64,000 nucleotides of DNA, from IMG/VR virus record IMGVR_UViG_3300025653_000027. The stretch is one strand, 5' to 3'. Numbering within the stretch: position 1 is the stretch's first letter; every line of letters begins with the position of its first letter. Of this stretch, positions 45,164 through 55,357 are shown one piece after another. Below the pieces are notes generated by a model that made no database searches, was not told where the DNA came from, and worked only from the letters and a program-made list of their open reading frames with translations. Both the position numbers and the translations under genes were made by a program. This stretch comes from an uncultured virus (IMG/VR IMGVR_UViG_3300025653_000027). Lineage: Duplodnaviria > Heunggongvirae > Uroviricota > Caudoviricetes.

Positions 45164-45574
45164 ATGCTTTATCAGCACAAAAAAACAGGCGCTAATGTAA
45201 AGGTTGTAAGCGAATGGGATAACGGCGATTGGTTCATGGTTGAAGACCAGGATGGTCGCCTTTTCACCGCTTACAAAACTGAATTAGTTGCTGACGAAAG
45301 CGCAACTAAAAAAGTTAAAGCGCTCCAGGTTAAAGATAAAGCCGCCCAGGAGGAACCTCGGTCGTTTCCCCCCGATACCCGATTGAATATCAACGGTGCA
45401 ACTGCACAGATGATTGCCGATCACATTAAAGGTATTGGAATGAAGACTGCCCGAGAGATCAAAGATCTTCAGATGTCCTTATCGGGTGAAAGGTTTAGCT
45501 CTCTCGAGCAATTGAAACAAATTAAACGAGTCGACTGGGATGCTGTTATTTCTGCAAACCTAATCCGAGTGTAA
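45164..45574 (+). CDS. Helix-hairpin-helix DNA-binding protein (ComEA-like HhH)
   Basis: RLNINGATAQMIADHIKGIGMKTAREI...FSSLEQLKQIKRV. Confidence 0.75.
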   Translation: MLYQHKKTGANVKVVSEWDNGDWFMVEDQDGRLFTAYKTELVADESATKKVKALQVKDKAAQEEPRSFPPDTRLNINGATAQMIADHIKGIGMKTAREIKDLQMSLSGERFSSLEQLKQIKRVDWDAVISANLIRV

Positions 45575-45588
45575 TAAGTTTCATCATT

Positions 45589-45614
45589 AAACCCCTGGGA
45601 AACCAGGGGTTTTT
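45589..45614 (+). terminator. Intrinsic terminator of the capsid operon
   Basis: AAACCCCTGG-GAAA-CCAGGGGTTT-TT. Confidence 0.85.
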
Positions 45615-45693
45615 AATTCTAAAATAAGAAGATAAGAGTCCTGTGTTCTGGGAATACTTAAACTTATTTTTCACTGTTGCTACTTCTGTTGTA

Positions 45694-46485
45694 ATGGCCT
45701 ATACTCCAATCCGTTCAGGTTTTACTGGCCCCAGTGCAAAGATTGGAGGGTCAAGTGATTATCATATTGACTTAAAAATGCTGGAATCGCTCCCCATCGG
45801 GGAACGTGTCAAAGCGGTTGATTCATTAGCAAAAAAGTATGCATCAATTGGACGTGAGATTGAGTTCTCTAATCAAGCAGTTGCAGGCCAACGCTGGAAC
45901 CCAGAGGCCGACTTAGCAACACGGGTTGACTTACTCAATCGAGCAGGTGCTGCCCACAGTAAACGTCCTGGCTGGCAGTCGTTAGATTTTTATGTCCCGT
46001 TTAAAGGCAAAAGCCGTTTTGATAAAGGCGCTGTAGAAGATGCCTCAATCTTTTTACCTGGAGTAGCAGGCGGCAGTGTTCGCCGTGGTACTGCTAAAGA
46101 CTACGGATATTTCTCTGAATCCCTGGATCCCAAAGGCAATGTTCTTTTCCGTGTTGGTCACGGGAACATTGATCGTCCGGAGGCTAATGAAAATATGGTA
46201 ATTTCTCAGTTACCTCAGAAGCCTTCTGCTCCTCCTCTGCAAGAGAAGGTTTCGTCACAGGATAATCTTGCAGCTTATCGCCAAGGTTTATTTGATGCCC
46301 TTGGAATGACAAAACCGCAAGAAGAAAAGAAACAAAAACCTTCATTAACGCAGTCTTTATTATCTGGTGTTCTTGCCAATGCGTTCCAGGGTAATCCTTT
46401 TATGCGTAATTACATGCAGCAAAATCCTTACATGCAAGGCAGAACTCAATCAACCACTGATTTCTTATCAGGACTACTTGGTTGA
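45694..46485 (+). CDS. Virion protein with M23/LytM-like features
   Basis: AHS.....SLDF (HxxxD-like) and DYGYF.....FRVGHG resemble M23 metal-site segments. Confidence 0.45.
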   Translation: MAYTPIRSGFTGPSAKIGGSSDYHIDLKMLESLPIGERVKAVDSLAKKYASIGREIEFSNQAVAGQRWNPEADLATRVDLLNRAGAAHSKRPGWQSLDFYVPFKGKSRFDKGAVEDASIFLPGVAGGSVRRGTAKDYGYFSESLDPKGNVLFRVGHGNIDRPEANENMVISQLPQKPSAPPLQEKVSSQDNLAAYRQGLFDALGMTKPQEEKKQKPSLTQSLLSGVLANAFQGNPFMRNYMQQNPYMQGRTQSTTDFLSGLLG

Positions 46486-46524
46486 TTACTGCAATCTATA
46501 ATTAATTGATGACAGAGAATTATT

Positions 46525-46986
46525 GTGCAGCTCTCTGATTTTGACAAAAGTAGAATTAGGTATCATTTAGGGTACTTTACTGTTTCCGTGCCAGCAGGTG
46601 ATTATGCCCGCCTGGAAGAAGCAATGAATACAGTACCTGATTCTTATTTCTACGATAAGATTACAATTCAGATTGGCAGGTGTGACACTGCCGAGAAGAA
46701 GACAGAGGTTGCAACTTCTCCGTCGACTCGCCTGGAAAGTATTGTTGGTGACGTTGATCGTACCATCCGATCAAGCAATGCCAAGGAGGCATTAAAAGTT
46801 TGGGATGAGATTTACTTGTACGAGACAAACCGTCTTGCAGGTATTTTGTACGTTCCTAACTACAAAGATCCGCTGCAGGCAAGATACCGTTTTGAGCGTT
46901 CTGGTGCTGAATTTATTCAGGCACTCCCTGGTCCTGCCGACACCGCCGTTGGTTCCCGTATTTACTTAAGAGAGGTTTGCCGATAA
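46525..46986 (+). CDS. Putative head-tail connector protein
   Basis: DKSRIRYHLGY N-terminus; position; TATAAT at 46497. Confidence 0.55.
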   Translation: MQLSDFDKSRIRYHLGYFTVSVPAGDYARLEEAMNTVPDSYFYDKITIQIGRCDTAEKKTEVATSPSTRLESIVGDVDRTIRSSNAKEALKVWDEIYLYETNRLAGILYVPNYKDPLQARYRFERSGAEFIQALPGPADTAVGSRIYLREVCR

Positions 46987-48098
46987 TGCCTAACCAAGAT
47001 TTTTTAGCGAATTTTCTTTCAAATAGAACAACTTCAGCTGCCCCCAGAAACTTAAAGTTCCTCTCTGATGCGGCTGGAAACGTTTTATCACGTGTCATAC
47101 CCCCAGGTGTGAACTGGGGAGGATTACCAACAAGTTTTCTTAGCGAATTAGATCGAATTAATAAGATGTCTCCTGGAGCAGCAAAAGAAGCTGCTCGTAC
47201 AGCAGCAAAAACAACCTTAACGCGTTCAGCAGTAACGCCTCCCGTAAGACCACCAATTAGTGCTGCTGGACCAGGGGGAATGCTTCGTGCACCTGCTTTA
47301 AATACACCTTCAGCAGCAGGGACAATTCTTTCCCGTGGTCCTGTATCTCAGATTCCAGGTAGCCCCGTTCAGTTCGATCCCGCTTTACGTCGTCAATTTG
47401 GATGGACGGGAGGAGCTAGACAGGTCGCTGAAAAGCTGGTTCCACAAGGAAGCGCAGTATCTGCACCATCTATTAAGCCTAGCTTTGCTATGGCTAAGGA
47501 ACTAAGAGCCGTTCCAGGGGTTTTAGCAAACGCTGGAGGCGTCTATACTGGCTGGGAACTTTTTAATCTAGGAAGAACAGGAAGTCTTTTAGATAAAGCT
47601 TTAAATGCTATTCCAGATACATCAGATCGTGATCTGGGAAGAATGTCATATGAGGCATTGAAAAAGACTGGTGGGCAAGCTATGAATGAAACATCTTATA
47701 TCGCAAATGAATTATTGCAAGGAAGACTACCTTACTCTTCGACTGGATTAGCACCTGTTGCTACGACAACTCCAGAGCGTCCAATTGCAAATCTTCCTCC
47801 TAATTACAAGCAAACTGAATTAGAAACAGGTGCAGCAGCGGAAGCTTTCCGCTCGGGTGCAGGTTTCCCTGGTCAGCAGTTATTTGTACCGGTTGTCCCT
47901 CAACTTTCTCCAGAAGAACGTGCATACAATCAAGAACGTTCACGTATTGCTCAGTTAACATCTGCTACTCCAGAAGAGCGCAGCAAACTCCGCGATGAAG
48001 GAATGAGAATCTGGGCAGATAAATACCGTAATTTAGCCAAGGACGTAAAGCCAGGTCAGTCTGGCTATGAGGTCATTCAACAGGTGTTAAATAAATAA
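46986..48098 (+). CDS. Putative virion protein sharing a domain with the ART C-terminus
   Basis: LFNLGRTGSLLD...RDLG...AMNETSYIANELLQGRLPY. Confidence 0.65.
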   Translation: MPNQDFLANFLSNRTTSAAPRNLKFLSDAAGNVLSRVIPPGVNWGGLPTSFLSELDRINKMSPGAAKEAARTAAKTTLTRSAVTPPVRPPISAAGPGGMLRAPALNTPSAAGTILSRGPVSQIPGSPVQFDPALRRQFGWTGGARQVAEKLVPQGSAVSAPSIKPSFAMAKELRAVPGVLANAGGVYTGWELFNLGRTGSLLDKALNAIPDTSDRDLGRMSYEALKKTGGQAMNETSYIANELLQGRLPYSSTGLAPVATTTPERPIANLPPNYKQTELETGAAAEAFRSGAGFPGQQLFVPVVPQLSPEERAYNQERSRIAQLTSATPEERSKLRDEGMRIWADKYRNLAKDVKPGQSGYEVIQQVLNK

Positions 48099-48101
48099 AT
48101 A

Positions 48102-48365
48102 ATGGCAAATTTTGCAGACTATATCAACTCTGATTATTTACCGGGTCAGGTACGTCGCGCCACCTACGGTGACGCTTCGCCAATGAATGTTCTTGAATAT
48201 AATTTACGTAAGAAACTAAAGTTCCAGCCAAAGTCAAATATTGCTGGTAAATATCTTGAAGAGTTCCTGGGGCTCACAACAAACCCAGATGGTTTTGCAC
48301 AACAAGCTTTCCAGCTTCCAGCTGAATTTAATGCCTTTAGCAAAATGGGCCAATACGCTGGTTGA
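48102..48365 (+). CDS. Hypothetical late protein
   Basis: ORF. Confidence 0.6.
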   Translation: MANFADYINSDYLPGQVRRATYGDASPMNVLEYNLRKKLKFQPKSNIAGKYLEEFLGLTTNPDGFAQQAFQLPAEFNAFSKMGQYAG

Positions 48366-48405
48366 ACCCTTTAACTTATAATTATCTAAAGCAACGGTAA
48401 AAATA

Positions 48406-49185
48406 GTGTCCTCTACCTCAACAAACAAACAACCTGTATTTTCTGATCGCCCACTGTTTGATGCAGTGCGTGTTACAACCCAGACTGTTGGTAGTGCTTC
48501 CAGCAATACTCTGTTCGTTCAAGGTGGTCAGGCTCCGTCCATCCTGGTAGACATGGATGCAGAGCTGAGTGAAGATAACAACAATGGTGGTGTTGTTGAC
48601 TCTATTACGATTGTTCGTAACGATAAGTACAGGGATGCTGATTACACAGTCAACACCACGACATCTGGCGATGTCATCTCTCTGAGCAGTGGTCAGATTG
48701 TTTTTATCGCTGAAACTGGTGTACTCGCTACGGCAGCCGAGAGTGGCTACGGTTACTACACATATACAGGCGCAACAACACTGACAGGTGTTAATACAGA
48801 TTTAATTTATTCAGGTGGTATTGGTAGCGGGTTTACTTACAACGGTGTTGCTTACGGTGATTTACCGGCAGCTACATTTGTTTTCTATCACACCCGTGGT
48901 ACCACCACTCCGATCCCTGCAAGCGGCGACTATCGAGTTCTCTTCTCGAAGACTGTGCCTGCCAATAGTGGTCAAGTCGATTGCTCTGACGTGATGCCTC
49001 AGCTGGCATATCCAATGCCCAGTGCAGGTAATACCGCTGGTTTAGGTTCAGCTTCTCCACTGCGGAACAAAGGTATTTACCTTGAGCGTGGTGACCGTAT
49101 CTACGTTGGTGTGTTCCCTGACGGTCCCAACGTTTCTGGATATACAGCTGGTGCGCACGTTTACGCACAAGGCGGATTCTTCTAA
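48406..49185 (+). CDS. Virion structural protein (tail/baseplate region)
   Basis: Beta-rich Thr/Gly/Ser composition; TATAAT at 48377. Confidence 0.65.
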   Translation: MSSTSTNKQPVFSDRPLFDAVRVTTQTVGSASSNTLFVQGGQAPSILVDMDAELSEDNNNGGVVDSITIVRNDKYRDADYTVNTTTSGDVISLSSGQIVFIAETGVLATAAESGYGYYTYTGATTLTGVNTDLIYSGGIGSGFTYNGVAYGDLPAATFVFYHTRGTTTPIPASGDYRVLFSKTVPANSGQVDCSDVMPQLAYPMPSAGNTAGLGSASPLRNKGIYLERGDRIYVGVFPDGPNVSGYTAGAHVYAQGGFF

Positions 49186-49188
49186 ACC

Positions 49189-50751
49189 ATGGCGAAAAAG
49201 AGTGGAAGCTCTTTTGGCAGTTTTAACCGGGCGGAAAAGTTTGATCTCCGTCCGGTAGTTCCTATTGACACTGAGTTTTCTAAAGGTTCTGTACCTGACT
49301 CTCTTTATGCGTCCAACCGTGCGTCTGCATGGTCTCGCTGGAGAAGAGGGTATGAAATTGCAACAGCTTCCATTTACGACAATTCATACGACTATCCTTT
49401 CACATACGCAGTCCCTGTCCCCCGTGGAACTCCGACAACCACTGGAAACCCCCCAACAATTCCTGGTGTCTTCAAAGGGTTCCCCACGACAAATAAAGAA
49501 TTTGGTATGCACTGGGCTGGCATACGGGTGGCTGGCAGTTTACGCTTTGACAATGTTGTCGATAGTGGCGGCGTCCGTGCTTCTATTGCTTCTGTCACTG
49601 AAGACGATGACTTCTGGTACGTTCAATTAACAGGTTCCTGGAGCGTTACTAATCCATTACCACCTCCGTTGTATGTGGCGATACCGGGGGTGCCAGGGGG
49701 ACTCAAAGCTATCAATGGTGAGATATTAGAAGATCGTGTAATCAATCCTGGTGATCCACCGATTACACGCGATACGATCGATCCAACAACTCAAAAGAGA
49801 TATGGGTACGTGCAAGCCGTACTGGAAGACACTAATCCATTTACAGGTGTTTTAAAACTAAGGAAAGCTGGCTCTGTTGAAGCAACACCAGACCGAGCAT
49901 TGGTTACCCCGGCAACCAGGCCACCAAACGTTGATCGGTTCTTTATTACAGGAACTCGTTACTGTTGTTCCTGCCAAGACTTTAATCGTCGTGATTACTC
50001 TTTTATGACATCGTTAAGCACGGTGTCAGATTCACTTGCCAAAGCTTTTCCACGCACAAATCTTTCTGCATTAAAGCCAGGGCGTTACGAGATTATGACA
50101 TTGAGCGGTGTTGTTGATAATAGTGCTATGACAAATGCAACGGTTAATCGAGATATGGAGATCGTTTCTCCATCACCTGCATATAACGTACCTCCAACTG
50201 TTACACCAACCACCTCGACCGTCCCTGGAGCAGCACGAGACAATCCAGGTGTATTCAGAGATTTCGGTGGAATGTATTTAAGGAGTACACCAGATCCATC
50301 AGTACCTGGTTCTAAGGCAGAAGGGATGCCCTCTTATGCGGATTATGCAGCTTCTGGAAACGTCATCACGTCTTTAACAGACGTTTGGACACCGCTTTTA
50401 GATGAAGTTAGATACTGCAAGCATATCTATGCAATGAAGTATGAGGAGGGAGTATTCCCACCTGAACCGTCTGATTTTCCGGTTGGAATAGGCAGCATGG
50501 CAGCCTGGGAACAAAAACTGGTTAAAGATACTGAAAAACAACAAGCGAGTGCCAAAGCTGCTGCTTTGCAACGGGGTGCATTGTCAATGATGGATGTACC
50601 TCCGTATAACTGTCAGGCACCAATGATGATGCCAATGATGCAAAAACTATTTAATATTCCATCTACTTTTGTAAAGATGGATGGATTTACTATGATCGAT
50701 AAGAATGGGAAAAAATACATCCCAGCTTCTGGCGAATTACCAAGTGTTTGA
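49189..50751 (+). CDS. Structural-module protein with split SWIM-like Zn ligands
   Basis: YCCSCQDF ... YCKHIYAM. Confidence 0.6.
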   Translation: MAKKSGSSFGSFNRAEKFDLRPVVPIDTEFSKGSVPDSLYASNRASAWSRWRRGYEIATASIYDNSYDYPFTYAVPVPRGTPTTTGNPPTIPGVFKGFPTTNKEFGMHWAGIRVAGSLRFDNVVDSGGVRASIASVTEDDDFWYVQLTGSWSVTNPLPPPLYVAIPGVPGGLKAINGEILEDRVINPGDPPITRDTIDPTTQKRYGYVQAVLEDTNPFTGVLKLRKAGSVEATPDRALVTPATRPPNVDRFFITGTRYCCSCQDFNRRDYSFMTSLSTVSDSLAKAFPRTNLSALKPGRYEIMTLSGVVDNSAMTNATVNRDMEIVSPSPAYNVPPTVTPTTSTVPGAARDNPGVFRDFGGMYLRSTPDPSVPGSKAEGMPSYADYAASGNVITSLTDVWTPLLDEVRYCKHIYAMKYEEGVFPPEPSDFPVGIGSMAAWEQKLVKDTEKQQASAKAAALQRGALSMMDVPPYNCQAPMMMPMMQKLFNIPSTFVKMDGFTMIDKNGKKYIPASGELPSV

Positions 50752-50975
50752 TTATGCCCGAGTTTGGTGACGTTGTTGATTCAAACTTTATTTATTCTTC
50801 TGGTCAAATTGACGGAAGGATTTATGGCGACAGCGCCATTTCATACAGCGGAAATCCCACTGTTTACCACGTAGGAGATGTAGTACATTTGCCCTACCAA
50901 TCTGGTGAGCGATCAACCATAGAGGCGGTTGGGCTTGCCTGGCAAGCTTTTGCGACGGGCGGTGTTCCTGAATAA
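50748..50975 (+). CDS. Small hypothetical protein
   Basis: ORF. Confidence 0.55.
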   Translation: MIMPEFGDVVDSNFIYSSGQIDGRIYGDSAISYSGNPTVYHVGDVVHLPYQSGERSTIEAVGLAWQAFATGGVPE

Positions 50976-51090
50976 CATAAATCTATAATAAATCTTAATG
51001 AGTCTTATTGGACTTATTAAGCAATCCTTTCGCTGTTGCTGCCAATACCCGCCTTTGTATAAGGTGCAGGTATCAAGGCAATACAAAATC

Positions 51091-51513
51091 ATGACCCATC
51101 AACCTCCGATTGATCAGAGGATTATTGACGAGTACTTCCAGTTGGCTACTACTCGAAAGAACCGGGACGTTGGCTGGCTTTACGGCATGGTCGCCACCTA
51201 CGGCATCAAGCCAGAACAGCTATCAGGTTTCGAGTGGGGTCCAGATAACAGCATTTTTATTCCGAGCAGAAAACGACCTATTCGTCCCTTCCATTCCCAG
51301 TGGGTCTTCCTGTTTAATCTCAAAGAAAAACAGCCCTGCGAATTGCAAGGCTGCTGGAAGTCCCTTTGTTCCTCTCTGTATAAAGCGATGGCCTATCAGG
51401 ACATTGAATTAAATGTCACTGATCTCCTTCTGGCGCATCGTTTACGCAAGACCCATTCGAGTCAGTTCAAGCAGCCAAAGGCATCATCCCTTGTTTTTGC
51501 AGGTGCTTTTTAA
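51091..51513 (+). CDS. Degenerate tyrosine-recombinase catalytic-domain homologue
   Basis: GWLYGMVATYGIKPEQL (box I-like, R->K), PFHSQWVFLFNL, VTDLLLAHRLR (box II-like, HxxR degenerate); ends before the catalytic Tyr region. Confidence 0.6.
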   Translation: MTHQPPIDQRIIDEYFQLATTRKNRDVGWLYGMVATYGIKPEQLSGFEWGPDNSIFIPSRKRPIRPFHSQWVFLFNLKEKQPCELQGCWKSLCSSLYKAMAYQDIELNVTDLLLAHRLRKTHSSQFKQPKASSLVFAGAF

Positions 51514-51685
51514 CTGAAACAGTGTTCCAGCGATAGCTGTCGCGAGAACGGGTTTCAGGGAAAGCGGCGAAATGTGGGCCGAGCTTCAGGGTGCCGTCGT
51601 CCCGGTACTTGAAAAGAGTCTTGCGGTCAATGCCAAGAACTTCTTCTGCTTTTTGGACGGGAACCCAGTGAGCGGGCTTGGACAT
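51467..51685 (-). CDS. Excisionase/AlpA-like HTH protein
   Basis: WVPVQKAEEVLGIDRKTLFKYRDDG.LK.GPHF....YRWN. Confidence 0.7.
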   Translation of the reverse strand: MSKPAHWVPVQKAEEVLGIDRKTLFKYRDDGTLKLGPHFAAFPETRSRDSYRWNTVSVKKHLQKQGMMPLAA

Positions 51686-51710
51686 GGCGTGGAATAACGC
51701 GTGCAGATAT

Positions 51711-51738
51711 AACGTAATTAGCTTTGCCACCTTGTCAA
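51711..51738 (-). promoter_or_regulatory. Sigma70-type promoter of the excisionase-like gene
   Basis: TTGACA-16 nt-TACGTT, with the -10 element 31 nt before ATG 51685. Confidence 0.55.
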
Positions 51739-51822
51739 GCGGCTTAAGGCAAATTTAATCTCTTTATTTTTGACGTAAAGATATGTGGGCAAATTAAAAT
51801 AAATTAGCGGCAACTAAAGAGT

Positions 51823-52185
51823 ATGTTTAACAATGAGCGAGAACCTCTTGCACTCCTCATTGAATTAACTCCGAAGTTAGCCAAGAAAAGATATCGAGAA
51901 TCAATATATGACGCCTGGGACTGTAAATGTGGTTATTGCGGAGACGATGCAACGTCCCTTGACCATGTCATTCCCCGTTTCCGTTCTGGCTCAAGCAACC
52001 GAAACAATTTAATTCCTGCTTGCAGGCGTTGCAACACAAACAAAGCAAGCGCCAAAATGGAAGAATGGTACAAGCAACAAGAATTTTTTACTCAAGCTAG
52101 GATGGATAGAATCAATGCTTGGGTCACTCAAAACGAAGTAGACCTTTGTACGTTACAGAATTCTTTAATACCATCAGTCGCATAA
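51823..52185 (+). CDS. HNH endonuclease
   Basis: CGYCG....SLDHVIPR..GSS..NNLIPACRRCNTNK. Confidence 0.85.
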   Translation: MFNNEREPLALLIELTPKLAKKRYRESIYDAWDCKCGYCGDDATSLDHVIPRFRSGSSNRNNLIPACRRCNTNKASAKMEEWYKQQEFFTQARMDRINAWVTQNEVDLCTLQNSLIPSVA

Positions 52186-52186
52186 C

Positions 52187-54889
52187 ATGGGCGTTTCATA
52201 CGACGTTATCAATAAGGAGTGGTCATTTACACCTGAATCAACCTTAAGTAGAAGAAGTGTAAATTATCCTGGAAAACGTTATATGAACGTTTCCTGGGAT
52301 CAAACCACTGGAAGATATTCTTCGGGACCAAAAAATATCAGGGCAAGTGTATCAACCAGTCCAGATGGAGGGGCTAATAAAAGTTTTGAAATTCCTCTCG
52401 AGTGGGGTGGTTTTCCTTCCTACATGGACCGATTACGCGGTCATTTAGAAAATAATTTAGGTAAGACTATTGCATACAGCAGCGCAGTTCAGTCGGCTGC
52501 AAACAATTTTGGCAGAGAACAACCAGGCATTGAAAGACAGCTAAAAGAAGCAAAAGATAACGAGAGAATTAACAGAGACATCATTGATCCATATAACAGA
52601 CAGGTTGAATCGACAAATAGACAGCTTCCTCAAATTGAAGCAACAATTAATAGAACACAAGGAGATGATTATGTTGCCCAAAGAGAACTGTTAAAACAAT
52701 ATGGCGTTGCTGGTTTAGAAGATAACTTCAAAGCTTTTTATCTAACGGAAAAGCTTCAAGAGTGGGATCCAAGTCTTGGAGCAAAACCTTTATATGGTAA
52801 TTTTGATTCCAAGTATTACCAAGATAATAACCTTGGGGCAGTACAAAAATGGAATGAAGCAGTTGCCAATGACGATTTAGACATAACAGCTAGATACGGA
52901 AAGGATGGATACTACCTCTGGCACTACACAAACATAGGTCAACAAGCTGGTGCCAGGGGTAACGCACCAGAGGCTACAGAGGCTGCTACCGAGTATTACG
53001 AGAAACCAACCGATAAAGACTTCGAAGACGCCAGGACGCTCCAGCTGGGCGTCGATATGAACACGTCTGACGCACGTCTTCTAAGTGTTCCATATATCCA
53101 GGAGCAGTTTGAGGCTGCGTTGAACGGAGATCCTTATTGGAAGCAGATGGCAAAGGATAATTATTTATCCATTGACACTGAAAAACCAGATGAATTTGCT
53201 GCTCTCTTTAGGCTCTCTCAACGGGATGAAGACAAACAAGTTGCGTTTGATCTCAACTTAAACCAAGGGTATGGCATTACAGAACTAGAAGATGCCATCA
53301 ACCAGGCCGTCGGTGAGAAAGCAACGGTCGACGTTAAACGCTTTGGTGCTTTAACTCAGAACGTGTTGAAAGACACGATTGCTGAAATGAAAAAAGCTAA
53401 GGCAAAGGAAGAGAACTTGGATCTCTTAAGAGGCTTTGGTGGCTTCGCAGAGATCATGGATATCAATAAAACAATTGCTAATTCACTGATTAATGACACC
53501 GGAATTGGCGGTGTTTATGCATTGACGGGTGGTGGTCCATCTGAAGATGATTTAGAAGAACAGCTTGAAGGTCTGACCGGTGTTCGAAATAACGTTACTT
53601 ACAACTGGCAACAGTGGTTTGATAACACATTAAAAGAAAAGTATGACGAGGAACTTGAACTTGGCTATACCGTAGACGAAGCAGAAGCAAATATTGGAAT
53701 TGAGGCGGATTTCGCCAGGCAGTTTATTGAAGATTATCTGCAGCCTCGTTTTGATACATCGCGTTCCATGGACGAGTTTGTGGAATACCTCGACGTTAGA
53801 CAAGAAGAACAAAACCCCTTCCAGACGCAGGACCTTGTTAACGCTGTTAACGTTGTTGCAGATCTGAAATCAAAACAATATCTTGATCAATTAAAAAATG
53901 AACCAGGTCGTTATTTTGACTCTGAGTTTTATTTCAATCCAACCGGAGACGTAGCTAGGACTGATAAATATTTAGAACAAGCTAATACTGTTGCAGAAGA
54001 TTGGGAAGCAGCTAAGAATGGCGATCCTTACTGGGCTCAACAAGCCTATCGCTTTGGTATCGATGTTAACGATAAGGACGCTTTTGCACGTATTCACTTC
54101 CAGGTAAAAGGACAGGGCCAAGGTTACGACGCGGCAGAAGACATTCTGAACGCTAGTAAAGTTAGTGATCAGATTTACATGAACATTCTTCCTGCACTTG
54201 AAGAAGAAGCCCTAGAGCAAGGTTCTGTGTTTGGTCAGTTTGTTACACCAGAAGAATTTACAGAAGAACTTCTTCAGGGTTTGGATCCAGGCGATAACGA
54301 AGAATGGAACGAAGTCCTGGAACGTTATGGTTTAAAAGATTTCAAAGGAAACTTAGATGAATTAAAGCAATACATTATTGAGACATTAAGGACAGGTTCA
54401 GCGCAACGCATTAGGGAAGAAATCAAATACTTAAACGAAAAGAAACGCAAGCCAACCCAGCGTGTTCTTGGTCTTACATACATTGAACGACCAGAAGATT
54501 ACAAAACAATTGACGCAGAGGCTGAGACGCAACTGTATTCAGTGTTCAGGAATGCTGGATACGAAGGAACAGAAGATGAATTTTACGAAAACATGTTCCC
54601 TGATCTTGATCGATCAGAACAACAATTATTGACAAAAGCCGGAACGGGAGAAGGACTCGAGTTTGCCGAAATGGACTTAAGTGATCCTTTTGCTTCTCTT
54701 GGAACGATCGAAGGTTTCTTTGGTACAGATGAAGAGGAAGAAAGTAAAGCAAACGTTAGTGAAGAACGGAAGAAAGAACTTGATAGTTTCTTCAGTTTAG
54801 AATTAGATCCAGATGAAGAAGAGGACTACAAGTCCGATACAGGGAAAAAGATCCTTGGCGAATTTACTTCTATCTTTAAGGGCTTCTAA
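52187..54889 (+). CDS. Large acidic virion protein with internal repeat
   Basis: 900 aa; FDSKYY/FDSEFY and ALNGDPYW/AKNGDPYW duplicated segments. Confidence 0.65.
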   Translation: MGVSYDVINKEWSFTPESTLSRRSVNYPGKRYMNVSWDQTTGRYSSGPKNIRASVSTSPDGGANKSFEIPLEWGGFPSYMDRLRGHLENNLGKTIAYSSAVQSAANNFGREQPGIERQLKEAKDNERINRDIIDPYNRQVESTNRQLPQIEATINRTQGDDYVAQRELLKQYGVAGLEDNFKAFYLTEKLQEWDPSLGAKPLYGNFDSKYYQDNNLGAVQKWNEAVANDDLDITARYGKDGYYLWHYTNIGQQAGARGNAPEATEAATEYYEKPTDKDFEDARTLQLGVDMNTSDARLLSVPYIQEQFEAALNGDPYWKQMAKDNYLSIDTEKPDEFAALFRLSQRDEDKQVAFDLNLNQGYGITELEDAINQAVGEKATVDVKRFGALTQNVLKDTIAEMKKAKAKEENLDLLRGFGGFAEIMDINKTIANSLINDTGIGGVYALTGGGPSEDDLEEQLEGLTGVRNNVTYNWQQWFDNTLKEKYDEELELGYTVDEAEANIGIEADFARQFIEDYLQPRFDTSRSMDEFVEYLDVRQEEQNPFQTQDLVNAVNVVADLKSKQYLDQLKNEPGRYFDSEFYFNPTGDVARTDKYLEQANTVAEDWEAAKNGDPYWAQQAYRFGIDVNDKDAFARIHFQVKGQGQGYDAAEDILNASKVSDQIYMNILPALEEEALEQGSVFGQFVTPEEFTEELLQGLDPGDNEEWNEVLERYGLKDFKGNLDELKQYIIETLRTGSAQRIREEIKYLNEKKRKPTQRVLGLTYIERPEDYKTIDAEAETQLYSVFRNAGYEGTEDEFYENMFPDLDRSEQQLLTKAGTGEGLEFAEMDLSDPFASLGTIEGFFGTDEEEESKANVSEERKKELDSFFSLELDPDEEEDYKSDTGKKILGEFTSIFKGF

Positions 54890-55188
54890 TGAGTGATAAA
54901 CCACGTAAGGCAGCAAAAGCAGCCAAATTAGCTAAAGACAAAATGGCTTGTAATAAGCCACGGAAAACACCAGGGCATCCAACTAAATCACACGTCGTAA
55001 AAGCCTGTAAAGACGGCGAAGAAAAGATCGTTCGTTTCGGTCAACAGGGTGTTGAGGGTGCCGGTAAGAATCCGAAGACAGCCAAAGAGAAAGCACGTAA
55101 GAAGTCATACTACGCTCGCCATAATGCCCAAGATAGCAATCCTGATAAATTTTCTGCACGTTATTGGTCCCACAAGGTAAAGTGGTGA
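54889..55188 (+). CDS. Basic conserved phage protein
   Basis: KSHVVKA...IVRFGQQG...SYYARH...SARYWS. Confidence 0.7.
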   Translation: MSDKPRKAAKAAKLAKDKMACNKPRKTPGHPTKSHVVKACKDGEEKIVRFGQQGVEGAGKNPKTAKEKARKKSYYARHNAQDSNPDKFSARYWSHKVKW

Positions 55189-55205
55189 TGTTCATTCTCT
55201 GAACC

Positions 55206-55322
55206 ATGCGCAAGAACTCAACTACTTTCCAATCAGCGCCTCCCAAAAAAACAAAACAAGGCCAGGGAAAGCATTCCAAGCCAAATCATGGCCGTAAAAA
55301 GACACGCGGTCAGGGTAAATAA
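55206..55322 (+). CDS. Small basic protein (38 aa)
   Basis: PKKTKQGQGKHSK....KKTRGQGK, read manually. Confidence 0.6.
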   Translation: MRKNSTTFQSAPPKKTKQGQGKHSKPNHGRKKTRGQGK

Positions 55323-55357
55323 ATTATGTATGATTGAGGGTAACAATAGTTGCCCTC

